Shown: positions 47,421-56,992 of the stretch, piece by piece
Layout: the number at the start of each line of letters is the position of its first letter
Numbering within the stretch: position 1 is the first letter of the stretch
From: Candidatus Latescibacterota bacterium
GTDB taxonomy: Bacteria > Latescibacterota > UBA2968 > UBA8231
Direction of reading: 5' to 3'
Assembly (NCBI GenBank): GCA_965204725.1
Contig: OZ242005.1
Coordinates: forward strand, 704,001 to 768,000
Length of the DNA: 64,000 nucleotides
Notes under the pieces: generated by a model
Told to the model about the DNA's origin: nothing
Databases searched by the model: none
Seen by the model: only the letters and a program-made list of their open reading frames with translations
Program-made: the position numbers and the translations under genes

Positions 47421-48835
47421 GTCGCCTACCCCAACTCCTGCTCGTGTTGGCCCTTGCGCTGGCGGCCTTTGCCTACGGCTATCTTAGTCGCCACTACAAG
47501 CTATTCCCCTTCTCGGCCATCCACAACGGCGTAAAGACCTTGCGGACTCTACACAAGCTAAGTATGAGAAAGGACGACGGCCGATTCGCGCACTTCGCCG
47601 CGGTGCCGCCAGACAGCGCGGCCTCCAACCGCTTCGAGTTCGTACAAGGCGATGCCATCAACGACCCGATTCTGTGGCAAGGCGGACGCTATCAGTTCCT
47701 TGAGTATTGCCCCGACTGGGGGTGCCTAGCGGTAGAATACACCGCCACCGGCCAAGTCGCCCATGCCTACCCGTTCCGCAGCGATGAGCTGGAGCAGGCG
47801 GCAGACGCTGCCCGCTCCGACGAATTCCCCTACGAGCTATCCCCCGCCGCCTCTTTCGTCAGGGATGTTAATGTGGCAGCCATGTCGCGCTACGCAAACG
47901 GCGACCTGCTGGTGGTTTTTTACCAAGACCCTGCTTTCCCCTATGGTGCGGGCGTTGCGCGGATCGACCGCGCCGGGCATCCCGTCTGGTTCCGGCGCGA
48001 CTACAGCCACCACTGGCCGCATCTCGAAGAAGACGGCGTCGCGCTGGTGCCCGGCCTGTTGGTTGGCAGCGCGCCCATATCTTTTGAGCGAGCACGAAAG
48101 ACCATCACGATCAAGTGCCGCACAGGCCGACCGTATCTCGACGAGATCCGCACTATTGACGGGAGTGGACAGATCCTAAAGCGCCTCAACCTGATCGACG
48201 CCTTGCGCGACTCTCCATTCGCGCACATCATGCAATCTACCTCGGAACCAAATTACCGTCTTGACTCGCCGTGTGACCCTCTTCACCTCAACTTCGTTCA
48301 CCAGCTTCGAGACGACGCCGGCGGAACGTGGGGCCTCGCGCCGGGCGACCTCGTGGCGTCCCTACGCAACCTCAGTGCCTTCGCTATCCTCGATGGCGAA
48401 TCCGGCCGCGTCAAGCGGCTGGTACGCGGGAGTTTCTTGTATCAACACAGCGTCCAGCACCTGACGGGATCGACCTTCCTGATGTTTGACAACTGGGGCA
48501 GCGATGGGATTCACGGCCCCTCGCGGCTGCTGATGATCGACCTCGCCGACGGCCGGGAGACGACCGTCTTTCCCAACGACCAGACGCCCCAACCCCTGCG
48601 AAACCTATTCTCCCACGACCAAAGCACCATCGACATCTCGCCCGACCGCCAACGGGCGATGGTCGCATTCACCAAGGAGGGCGTGGCCGTAGAGGTGCGC
48701 CTCGCCGACGGCGCGGTGCTGAATGTCTTCCATTCCCTGCACGATGTGTCGAGCTTGGAGCAGTTCCCCGAGGAGCGAAAGCAAAGAGCGGCCGTATTCG
48801 AGATGAGAGGAATTTACTACATTCGCAGTAGATGA
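47417..48835 (+). CDS. Arylsulfotransferase-family protein, copy 6
   Basis: Same motifs; ATGA overlap. Confidence 0.8.
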   Translation: MSRLPQLLLVLALALAAFAYGYLSRHYKLFPFSAIHNGVKTLRTLHKLSMRKDDGRFAHFAAVPPDSAASNRFEFVQGDAINDPILWQGGRYQFLEYCPDWGCLAVEYTATGQVAHAYPFRSDELEQAADAARSDEFPYELSPAASFVRDVNVAAMSRYANGDLLVVFYQDPAFPYGAGVARIDRAGHPVWFRRDYSHHWPHLEEDGVALVPGLLVGSAPISFERARKTITIKCRTGRPYLDEIRTIDGSGQILKRLNLIDALRDSPFAHIMQSTSEPNYRLDSPCDPLHLNFVHQLRDDAGGTWGLAPGDLVASLRNLSAFAILDGESGRVKRLVRGSFLYQHSVQHLTGSTFLMFDNWGSDGIHGPSRLLMIDLADGRETTVFPNDQTPQPLRNLFSHDQSTIDISPDRQRAMVAFTKEGVAVEVRLADGAVLNVFHSLHDVSSLEQFPEERKQRAAVFEMRGIYYIRSR

Positions 48836-48884
48836 CGAGCAACGCATCGTCATGGCATCCATTCGCCTACTAAGGAGGCTTCCA

Positions 48885-51236
48885 ATGCAACGCGCAATAA
48901 TCGCCGGTCTCGTCCTGAGTGCCCCACTCGCGGCTGACATGCTCTCCTTCGACAGTGCCGAAGAATGGGCCCAATGGCAACAACCCTTTGGCTTGGTCCA
49001 AGTCGGCGAGCAGGGCCAGCTCGCGCTCGTCAAATTCCGCCGCGACATCAACCTCGTCGAGGACGCGCACCGCTTCGTCCACGAAACCCGCACCCGCGGC
49101 GATGCGGTCGCCGGGGGCCTCTGGCAAGCCGGTTCCAACGCGGCCGACGCTCCGCTGGCCATCGACGGCGATCCAACGACCTATTGGCAACCCAGTCCAG
49201 ACGACGCCCGCGAGGACTGGTTTATCACCATCGACTTAGGCCGCGCAGCCCTAGCCCGCGAGATTCGCCTGACATTCCCCGACCAAGAAGGCGCGCACCC
49301 GCTTCGCCAATTCCGCGTATTCACCACCTCGGGCGTACGCATCTCGGCCACCGACGATCTCTTCCTCTACCGCCCCGTCTTCCGCACCACGCGCCCCAAC
49401 GCCGAGTCCGAAATCGTCATCCCGCTGCGCTACGCCGGCCGCGACACGGCGATAGTGACGAACCCCGACTTGGATTTGACGCCCGCAGAGCGCAACCACT
49501 ACCAGTTGATCCAGTACATCCAAATCATTTCCGAAGAACAGAACGCCAACGCCGCCCTCGCCGAGATTGAGGTTATCGGCATCGGCGACAACATTGCCAT
49601 CGGCACCAGCCAACGCGGCAATTTCGTCGAAGGCGACGGCACCGGCTCCACCTTCAACCTCTTCGACGCCAACCTCAACACCAACAACACCGTCACCAGC
49701 TGCCGCGGCACCCTGTCGGAATGGGCCGAAGGCGGCACGTGGTTCCGCACGGACTTGGGCGCGACGTTCTTTATCGACGAGATGTTCATCTACTCCATGC
49801 AGCCAGACGAAGGCACCTTGGGGTTCACCATCTCGGGCACGGGACCGGGGCACACCCTGCTCTTTTCCGACGGCACACCGGCCACGGGCACGACCCCCCT
49901 CGTCGAAGTGCCCGAAAACGTCGATTACGAAGAGGTCTTCACCCATCTAGCCCCCAACGCCGACAACCTGCTTTACATGCGCTACCTGTTCGCGCCGCGC
50001 AAGGCCCGCTACTTGTTCTGGCACGGCGTGAGCTGTAGGGGCTGGGGCATCGTCAAGTGGGGCGAGATGCAACTGTTCTCTCCGGGGTATCCAGCGCAAG
50101 TCAAGTTGCAGTCCGACTTTATCAACCTCGGGGAGGAAGCCGGCGATGGGAGGCCCAAAGTCATCAAAGCCCTGCACTGGGACGCCGACCTGCCGCCGGG
50201 CACCCGGGTGCAGCTCCGCTCCCGCTCGGGCAACGCGCTCAGCGCGGAGTACACCTTTTACGACAAGAAGGGCGACAGGGTCACTGAGGAGAAGTGGAAG
50301 AGCTTGCCCAAGGTGATTAGAGGGCCTGTTGACTCGACCTTGGTCACGGGCGAGGACTGGAACGCGTTTAGCAATACCTACCAGTTCTCGGGCGAGCCTT
50401 TCAAATCGGCCAGCCCGCGCCGCTTCATCGTGCTGGAAATGATCCTCTCCACCGACGACCCGGCTGTCGCCCCGACCGTCCATTCGGTCTCGGTCGAGTT
50501 TGAGGATGCCCTAGTCCAAGGCGCGCGCGGCAGCGTCGCCCCCCGCGAGGCCAGCCCCAACCAAGACACGCGCTTCACCTATACCCTCTGGCCCGAGACC
50601 GACGAACTCGACCGGGGCTTCGATCTGCTGCGCTTCACCGTGTCCGAACCTATAGACCTACAGAGCGTCGCGGTGCGGGTCGGCGCGGAACAGGTCGTTC
50701 CGACCGCCTTGGACCTACAGGCCGATTCCCTGCTCATCGCATTGCCGCAGGTGGTCGCCGGCGACTCGCTGCAAGTGAGCTTTACGACCCGCCTGTTGCA
50801 AAACGCCACCGTCTTTGCCCTCGACCTGGGATTGAGCGAATCCCCGGGCCTGTGGCAGTCGGTCGAGGCGGCCGAGCGCCGCTCCAACATCGTCATGCTG
50901 CCCGAACTGACCAGCACCGGCCAGCTCATCAGCGACCTACAGCTTGCTTCTACGACCATAACCCCCAACGGCGACGGCATCAACGACCAGCTAGCGGTGC
51001 GATTCGTCGCCTTCAAGGTCGAGGGCCGCGAGCCGCAAGTGGAAGTATTCGACCTAGCCGGACGCCGAGTAGCAGTCCTCACCCCAAGCTCCGACAGCTC
51101 GCAACGCCTCTTCACTTGGGACGGCCGCGACGCCAACGGAGCGAGCGCCGCCCCCGGCCTATACGTCCTGCGCGTCAATCTAGACGCCGACGCCGGCAAC
51201 GACACCGCACTCCGCACCATCGCCGTAGCCTACTAA
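48885..51236 (+). CDS. Secreted discoidin-like domain protein with FlgD-Ig / type B-like CTD
   Basis: AAGGAGG RBS; AIDGDPTTYW...IDLG; ITPNGDGIND...WDGRD...PGLY...AVAY; paralogous to 37948-39981. Confidence 0.75.
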   Translation: MQRAIIAGLVLSAPLAADMLSFDSAEEWAQWQQPFGLVQVGEQGQLALVKFRRDINLVEDAHRFVHETRTRGDAVAGGLWQAGSNAADAPLAIDGDPTTYWQPSPDDAREDWFITIDLGRAALAREIRLTFPDQEGAHPLRQFRVFTTSGVRISATDDLFLYRPVFRTTRPNAESEIVIPLRYAGRDTAIVTNPDLDLTPAERNHYQLIQYIQIISEEQNANAALAEIEVIGIGDNIAIGTSQRGNFVEGDGTGSTFNLFDANLNTNNTVTSCRGTLSEWAEGGTWFRTDLGATFFIDEMFIYSMQPDEGTLGFTISGTGPGHTLLFSDGTPATGTTPLVEVPENVDYEEVFTHLAPNADNLLYMRYLFAPRKARYLFWHGVSCRGWGIVKWGEMQLFSPGYPAQVKLQSDFINLGEEAGDGRPKVIKALHWDADLPPGTRVQLRSRSGNALSAEYTFYDKKGDRVTEEKWKSLPKVIRGPVDSTLVTGEDWNAFSNTYQFSGEPFKSASPRRFIVLEMILSTDDPAVAPTVHSVSVEFEDALVQGARGSVAPREASPNQDTRFTYTLWPETDELDRGFDLLRFTVSEPIDLQSVAVRVGAEQVVPTALDLQADSLLIALPQVVAGDSLQVSFTTRLLQNATVFALDLGLSESPGLWQSVEAAERRSNIVMLPELTSTGQLISDLQLASTTITPNGDGINDQLAVRFVAFKVEGREPQVEVFDLAGRRVAVLTPSSDSSQRLFTWDGRDANGASAAPGLYVLRVNLDADAGNDTALRTIAVAY

Positions 51237-51270
51237 CCTCAACCTCTCAAAACAGTAAGGATAGGAATTC

Positions 51271-51594
51271 GTGCTAAATTATAAAGGTTATACGGGCCGC
51301 GTTGAGTTCGACGACGAGGCCGGCCTCTTTCACGGCGAGGTGCTTGACCTCAAAGACATCGTCACGTTTCAAGGGCGAACCGTTGAGGAACTGGAGCGAG
51401 CCTTTCGCGAATCAGTAGAGGAATACTTGGCCTTCTGCCAAGAGCGCGGCGAAGTACCGGATAAACCCTTTTCTGGCCGCTTAATGCTTCGTCTGCCGCC
51501 GGCGTTGCACCGCGAGATTTACGTGCGGGCACAGCGCAAAGGCAAGAGCCTGAATCAGTGGATTGCGGACCAATTATCAACCGCAGTGGAATGA
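51271..51594 (+). CDS. hicB: HicB-family antitoxin (no hicA adjacent)
   Basis: YKGY.G.VEFD....FHGEV....D.VTFQG, KPFSG...LR..P.LH, SLNQW. Confidence 0.88.
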   Translation: MLNYKGYTGRVEFDDEAGLFHGEVLDLKDIVTFQGRTVEELERAFRESVEEYLAFCQERGEVPDKPFSGRLMLRLPPALHREIYVRAQRKGKSLNQWIADQLSTAVE

Positions 51595-52193
51595 AAGCCG
51601 TCTCCCTCCCAGACGGCGACCTACGCTACGCCCCCGGGTTTTTGGCCCCTGCCGAGGCCGACCAGTTCATGCGGCAACTGTTGGACGGCATTGAGTGGCA
51701 GCAGCACCACGTCGTCGTCTTTGGCCGCTCGCTTCCCGCGCCGCGTCTTTCGGCGTGGCACGGGTCCGCAGCGGCGCACTACACTTATTCGGGGCTGGCG
51801 CTGGAGCCGCGCCCGTGGACCGCGCCGCTGCTGGCCCTCAAGACGCGAACCGAAGCCGCGGCCGCCAGCCCTTTCAACAGCGTCTTGCTCAACCAGTACC
51901 GCGACGGCCGCGACAGCATGGGCTGGCACAGCGACGACGAGCCAGAGCTGGGACCCAACCCGACGATCGCCTCGCTGAGCTTGGGCGGGACGCGGCGTTT
52001 CCTCTTGCGGCACAAGCACCGCGCCCATCCCTCGGTCGAAATCCCCCTCGGACACGGTGCGCTACTCATCATGCGCGGCCCAACCCAAACCTATTGGCAG
52101 CACCAAGTCCCCAAGACTCGACGCCCGTGCGCCCCGCGCCTCAACCTGACTTTTCGCCAAATCGTCGCCACTACAAAGGCAGACGCAAAATGA
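51591..52193 (+). CDS. AlkB-like Fe(II)/2OG dioxygenase (ALKBH2/3-like)
   Basis: PRLSAW, FNSVLLN.YRDG.DSMGWHSDDE, W.HQVPK, RLNLTFR. Confidence 0.92.
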   Translation: MKAVSLPDGDLRYAPGFLAPAEADQFMRQLLDGIEWQQHHVVVFGRSLPAPRLSAWHGSAAAHYTYSGLALEPRPWTAPLLALKTRTEAAAASPFNSVLLNQYRDGRDSMGWHSDDEPELGPNPTIASLSLGGTRRFLLRHKHRAHPSVEIPLGHGALLIMRGPTQTYWQHQVPKTRRPCAPRLNLTFRQIVATTKADAK

Positions 52194-52276
52194 CCCGCAC
52201 GGCCTATGTCTCCTATATGGCGCGCCGGATCGCGCAAATGGGCGGCTAAGTGGAGCATAGCATCCGTTGTTCCGCC

Positions 52277-53290
52277 ATGTCGATTCTACCGGGAAAAATT
52301 AGTGATTTTCTCAAGATCGCGGTGGCGGCTGCCGGGCGCGGCGACCTCCAAACGGTCCAAGCCGCATTGGCGCAAAAGCCCGCGTGGATCCGGCGCATCG
52401 GTTCGCACGGCCGCACCATGCTGTGGGAAGCCGCATACCGGGGACGGCTCGCCATGGTCAATTACCTGCTCGATCAAGGCGCGGACATCCACGCCTGCGG
52501 CTGCCACTTCACGCCCCTGCTCGTCGAAATCTCCCCCTACTGCGCCGCGCGGTACAAGTGCCACGACGCGGTCGCCGACCGGCTGTTAGCACGCGGCGGC
52601 ACGACCGACATCTACACCGCGGCCTTTCTCGGCGAGGGCGACGCGGTTGCCGACTACCTCAACCGGGAACCGAGGTTGGCAACGGCCGAGAAGGCGCAGC
52701 ACGATTCGAGTCGGCGCACGACGGTTTTGCACTACGCCGTAAGTGCCGGGCACCTCGACATCGTCGCGCTGCTGTTGGCGCGGGGGGCCGACCCGCGGCC
52801 GTACAGCGGCTGGCTGATTCGCTTTGCCGTGTGGCGGGACCGCGCCGACATCCTCAAAGCCTTGCTCGACGCCGGGGCCGATCCGACCCACGCCGAGGCC
52901 CCTCGTTGCGGCATCGTCAATGCCGAGATCATCGAGTTGTTGGCCGCTCGCGGCGTCGCCGTGGAGGTGGATCGCGCCGAGGGCGGCTGGCCGCCCCTCG
53001 TCTTTCAGGCGCGCGGCGACCGCGGCGGCAATGTCCAGCGCGTGCGCGACCTGCTCGATCTCGGGGCCGACGTCAACGTCAGGAACCACAAGGGCCAGAC
53101 GGCCTTGCATTGCGCGGCCAAAGCGGGATTCGAGCCAATCGTCGCCTTGTTGCTCGAGCGCGGGGCCGACGTCAACGCCAAAGACCACAAGGGCGCGACG
53201 CCGCTTGCGACCGCGTTCCGCTCAAAGATCAAAAACAAGGATCGGCTCGCCGCGGTCATCGGCCTCCTCACCGACGCGGGTGGCGCTTGA
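52277..53290 (+). CDS. Ankyrin-repeat protein
   Basis: G.T.LH.AA..G....V.LLL..GADVN repeats. Confidence 0.9.
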   Translation: MSILPGKISDFLKIAVAAAGRGDLQTVQAALAQKPAWIRRIGSHGRTMLWEAAYRGRLAMVNYLLDQGADIHACGCHFTPLLVEISPYCAARYKCHDAVADRLLARGGTTDIYTAAFLGEGDAVADYLNREPRLATAEKAQHDSSRRTTVLHYAVSAGHLDIVALLLARGADPRPYSGWLIRFAVWRDRADILKALLDAGADPTHAEAPRCGIVNAEIIELLAARGVAVEVDRAEGGWPPLVFQARGDRGGNVQRVRDLLDLGADVNVRNHKGQTALHCAAKAGFEPIVALLLERGADVNAKDHKGATPLATAFRSKIKNKDRLAAVIGLLTDAGGA

Positions 53291-53404
53291 GGGCTGGCTG
53301 GTATTGCGCCGCCTATACGCCCGCTGTATCTTGCCCCCCATGATTTTACGCATCCGCACTTTCGCCCAGTGCCTTATTCCCCCCTGCAAAGCACATCCCC
53401 TCGC

Positions 53405-54859
53405 ATGAACAAGGTAGAAATCCCGGCGGCCGAAGGCGTCTTTGCCCAGCCTTGGTCGCTGAAGAAACTCTTGGGTATGCTCGCTGTCTTCGGCCCGGCG
53501 GCCATCGTCGCCTCGGTCGCTATTGGCGCCGGCGAGACCATCGTCGTGGTGCGGGCCGGGGCTTGGGCTGGCTATGGCTTGTTGTGGATGGTCTTGCTGA
53601 GTTGCGTGGTCAAGGGCGTCTTCTTCACCTATCTGATTGGCCGCTATACGGCCGTTAGCGGCGAGCTGATCGGCCACCGCCTCGTGCGCCTGCCCGGGCC
53701 GCGGGGATGGCTGCTGTTGACCATCTTGCTCTTTGAGATGATCGGCGCGCCCCTAGCTTGGGTGCCCATCTCTAAGCCCTGCGGCGACCTGTTCCACTTC
53801 CTGCTGCGCGACCTGCTGCCCGCCAGCGAGGAAGAGGTCTTGTGGGAAAACGCCATAACCTCGGCCTTTATTGCCTTGGCCCTGCTCTTTGGCATCCGCC
53901 TGTCCTTTGAACGCCTCGAAAAGCAACAACTCATTATATGTGCAATCCTAGTCGCGGGCACCATCACCGGGACCCTTATCGTGCGTCCAGACTTGGGCGC
54001 GGCACTGTTGGGAACCTTTCGCTTTGGCGACCTACCGCCCTTCCCAGACTGGGCACCCGAGGACGCGGTCGCGCATCCGCTGTTGACGTTGGGCACCACC
54101 TTTGGCTACGTCGGTGGGTCCGTCATTGGCTACATCGCCTATGCCAACTGGGTCGGCCTGCACAAGTGGGGGATGACTGGCCACCGAGACATTGAGGCCA
54201 TTCGCGCACACGCCGCCCGCAGCGACGCCATTGACTACCTCCCCGACGACCCCCAGCAAGTTCGCCGCCTGCGGCAACGCGTCTCGCCGCTGCGCTGGGA
54301 CGTGGGGCTGGGGGCGCTGGTCCTCTTCATCGTCACCGGGGCCTTTATGGTTTCCGGGGCGGCCGTGCTCTTTCCGCTGGAGACCCGCTTTGAGGGCTGG
54401 AGCCTGCTGACGAACCAAGCCCACGTCTGGCGTCAGATTCATCCGAGCTTGGTGTGGATTTACTACGTCTGCATCCTCGCCGCGCTGTGGGGCACTTTGC
54501 AAGCCCTGCCCGAAATCTACGCCCGCGTGGCCCAAGAATTTCTCGCCGCCCGCTGGCCGGACCGCACGTGGGAGTACCAGGCGATCAAGCGCGTCATCTG
54601 CCTCTACATTTTCGCCGCGGCCATGCTCATCGTCTGGAACAACATCCCCTTCGACATCCTGACCCAGATCGCCGGTTTCCTCATCGCCAACCTAGCCATT
54701 GCGATAATGATGGCAGCAGCCATCTACCTCAACTTCAAGCTGCCCGCCTCCTACCGCACCCGCGCTTGGGTCCTCGGCGGCGCTGTGCTCTCGACCGTGG
54801 TGCTAATCGCCTCGGCCGTCGTCAGCGGTTGGGGTCTGCTGCAAAAATTGGGGGGCTAA
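53405..54859 (+). CDS. NRAMP/APC-like membrane transporter
   Basis: GPAAIVASVAIGAGE, GY.LLW, RYT..SGE; many TM helices. Confidence 0.75.
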   Translation: MNKVEIPAAEGVFAQPWSLKKLLGMLAVFGPAAIVASVAIGAGETIVVVRAGAWAGYGLLWMVLLSCVVKGVFFTYLIGRYTAVSGELIGHRLVRLPGPRGWLLLTILLFEMIGAPLAWVPISKPCGDLFHFLLRDLLPASEEEVLWENAITSAFIALALLFGIRLSFERLEKQQLIICAILVAGTITGTLIVRPDLGAALLGTFRFGDLPPFPDWAPEDAVAHPLLTLGTTFGYVGGSVIGYIAYANWVGLHKWGMTGHRDIEAIRAHAARSDAIDYLPDDPQQVRRLRQRVSPLRWDVGLGALVLFIVTGAFMVSGAAVLFPLETRFEGWSLLTNQAHVWRQIHPSLVWIYYVCILAALWGTLQALPEIYARVAQEFLAARWPDRTWEYQAIKRVICLYIFAAAMLIVWNNIPFDILTQIAGFLIANLAIAIMMAAAIYLNFKLPASYRTRAWVLGGAVLSTVVLIASAVVSGWGLLQKLGG

Positions 54860-54870
54860 CTCGCGCCGCG

Positions 54871-55545
54871 TCACTTGCCATCGATTAGCTCGGCCTTTTG
54901 CCAATACGCGGCAAAGTGCTGGCGCAGCCACGCCAGCGGCGAAAAGCGGAGCGCATTAAACCCCCCCCAAGACCAGCGCAACGGCCATTCTTGCCGACCA
55001 GTGAGCCGTTGGAAGAGCGCTTGACGCTCCTCGCCCGCCAACTCCTCTCCACTGCTAAGCCGCGCCAGTTCGCGCTCGTACGTCCCCTCGATGAGCATGC
55101 GGGCGTGCCGAGCGACCTTTTCCGGCTCCAGTACCGCCACCCGCGCACACACCATGCCGGCCTCGCGCCGCACAAAGGCACGAATGGGGGCCGACGGCCA
55201 AGCACCCTGATGCGCACGCGCCTCGCGGGCGATCGAGACCGGGTTCATCGCCCCATAAGTGCGGCAGATCAGCGGGCGCACCGGATAGATGGTACAGCTA
55301 TGGTCCGCGCCGAGAAAGGGACAGCGGCGGGGCCGCTCCTCGGTAAAACTCAGCAACTCTTGGCGACGCTGCGGGGAAAAATGCCGCTCCACATAGGCGA
55401 CGATGTAGAGATATTCGGCCCGGTAGAGCGGGAACATGGTGGCGTAGTAAGTGTCGAACTCCTCGTCCGTGAGCGCACAGCAATCGCCCGTACCAGCACA
55501 CCGCGTCGCCGGCACTTGACTGTAGAGCACCTCTAAATCGCGCAT
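54871..55545 (-). CDS. YkgJ-family cysteine-cluster protein
   Basis: C..TGDCC; CPFL....C.IY.VRP.ICR. Confidence 0.85.
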   Translation of the reverse strand: MRDLEVLYSQVPATRCAGTGDCCALTDEEFDTYYATMFPLYRAEYLYIVAYVERHFSPQRRQELLSFTEERPRRCPFLGADHSCTIYPVRPLICRTYGAMNPVSIAREARAHQGAWPSAPIRAFVRREAGMVCARVAVLEPEKVARHARMLIEGTYERELARLSSGEELAGEERQALFQRLTGRQEWPLRWSWGGFNALRFSPLAWLRQHFAAYWQKAELIDGK

Positions 55546-55600
55546 GAATCCTCTTGTACACTTTGAGCGGAACTACCTTAAACCCTTACTACACGACACC

Positions 55601-55669
55601 AGCGGTCAACCTTCCAAGGATTGAGGGCATCTTACCCGCGATCCCGGACGCAGCGGCAACACCAGAATC
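55601..55669 (-). repeat. REP-like family A copy
   Basis: Reverse complement reads GTTGCCGCTGCGTCCGGGATCGCGGGTAAGATGCCCTCAATCCTTGGAAGGTTGACCGCT. Confidence 0.8.
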
Positions 55670-55732
55670 CCACACTTGAACGAGGAGCGGTAAAATCGCC
55701 GCCAAGAATAACCCTGTCAAAGGCTCCATGCG

Positions 55733-56992
55733 CTAGCGCACCTTTGCAATCAACGCCGCGGCCCGCTGCCGTATCAGCAACTCGCTCGCCGGCGCGATCA
55801 TCTGCACACTCGGATAGAACTTGTAGGCTTGGTCGATCTCGTAGCCGCCGCGCGCGTACTCGTCGGCCGTGGGCACATAGCCAATGCAGCCATTGGCAAA
55901 GCCGCACAACACGGCTGGCCCATGCGCGGCCTCCAAGTCGAGCTGATATCGTGCAAAAAGCTCGCCTTCCACGCCCAAGAGCACGAGCGGGCCAAAGGCC
56001 AACGCCTGCATCTCAAAGGGCTGGACCCGAGCGCAGCCCGCACCAGCCCGCACCCATTTGCATAGAGACGCAGCCCAGTCGAGTTGCGCCTTGGGCACCT
56101 CACCGCCCCGCGCTAGACGCACCCGCAGGTGCCATTTGAGTTTCTCGGCCTCAGCGCGCCAGCGCGGCGGCAGGGGCCGCAGGGGCAAGTCCAACCGCTC
56201 GTGCGCCCAGCCCAAGGCCGAGGCCTCCACGGGCGCGGCCTCAGCCCGCCCCTCCAGCACGGCCCGACCCAACTCCTGCCCCAATTCTTCCATCGCGGCA
56301 AACGAGCCGTTGGCTACCCGCGGATTGACGTCGCCGCAGGCCCCATTTACGAATAGAGCCCGCCCGCCGGTCGCAGCCTCAACGCAGCGGGCTGCTTCCC
56401 CGGGGAAGTCGCCGCTGATCTGGTGATTGTCGCGGCCTAAGACCACCGGATGGCAAGCATGGCTAAAGATCGTGGCCTCGGCCCCGCGCTCGGCCGCAAA
56501 GCGCAATACATGCGCGTAGGGCACGACCTCGCCTTTGACGCTCTGCGGCCGGCGATTACGGCCTATCTGCACCTCGGGGCGCGCATAGTACAAGCGGCCC
56601 GGTCGGCTATCGCTGGCCGCAGCCACCACTGCCTCGACCACGGCGTCTGCAACCTGCGCCAAGTAGCGGCGGTCCATGCTGGTTAGGCCGCGGAAGGGGA
56701 GGGTCAGCGGGCCGGAGTGGGTGTGGGAAGCGCAGACCATGATGGCCGCGCCTGCAATACCCGTGGCGCACTCGATCCGATCGCGGATTGCCCGCACAAC
56801 ACCTGCGTCCAACCCCACCAAATCGACCGCGACGAGGACGACGAGCGACGCCCCTCGGCCGCAGACGAGGGCCTTGGCCATGAGGCGGTCGCGGATGTGC
56901 GTGGCTCCGGATCGCCGCCCCCAATACCCACCCATTGCAATGCCAATCGGCGGCGTGATGTCGGCGGCCGCCGCGCCAAAGTGCAAGGTCAC
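55733..56992 (-). CDS. Neutral/alkaline ceramidase N-terminal domain protein
   Basis: DITP, M.GY, SHTHSGP, ACHPV, SGDFPG, GACGDVNP, GYVPT...GGYE. Confidence 0.8.
   Translation of the reverse strand: MTLHFGAAAADITPPIGIAMGGYWGRRSGATHIRDRLMAKALVCGRGASLVVLVAVDLVGLDAGVVRAIRDRIECATGIAGAAIMVCASHTHSGPLTLPFRGLTSMDRRYLAQVADAVVEAVVAAASDSRPGRLYYARPEVQIGRNRRPQSVKGEVVPYAHVLRFAAERGAEATIFSHACHPVVLGRDNHQISGDFPGEAARCVEAATGGRALFVNGACGDVNPRVANGSFAAMEELGQELGRAVLEGRAEAAPVEASALGWAHERLDLPLRPLPPRWRAEAEKLKWHLRVRLARGGEVPKAQLDWAASLCKWVRAGAGCARVQPFEMQALAFGPLVLLGVEGELFARYQLDLEAAHGPAVLCGFANGCIGYVPTADEYARGGYEIDQAYKFYPSVQMIAPASELLIRQRAAALIAKVR

Noticed and set aside
39982-48835. DGR-style mutagenesis of ASST copies
   Set aside because: Differences involve all bases and indels; the pattern fits block exchange rather than A-to-N change
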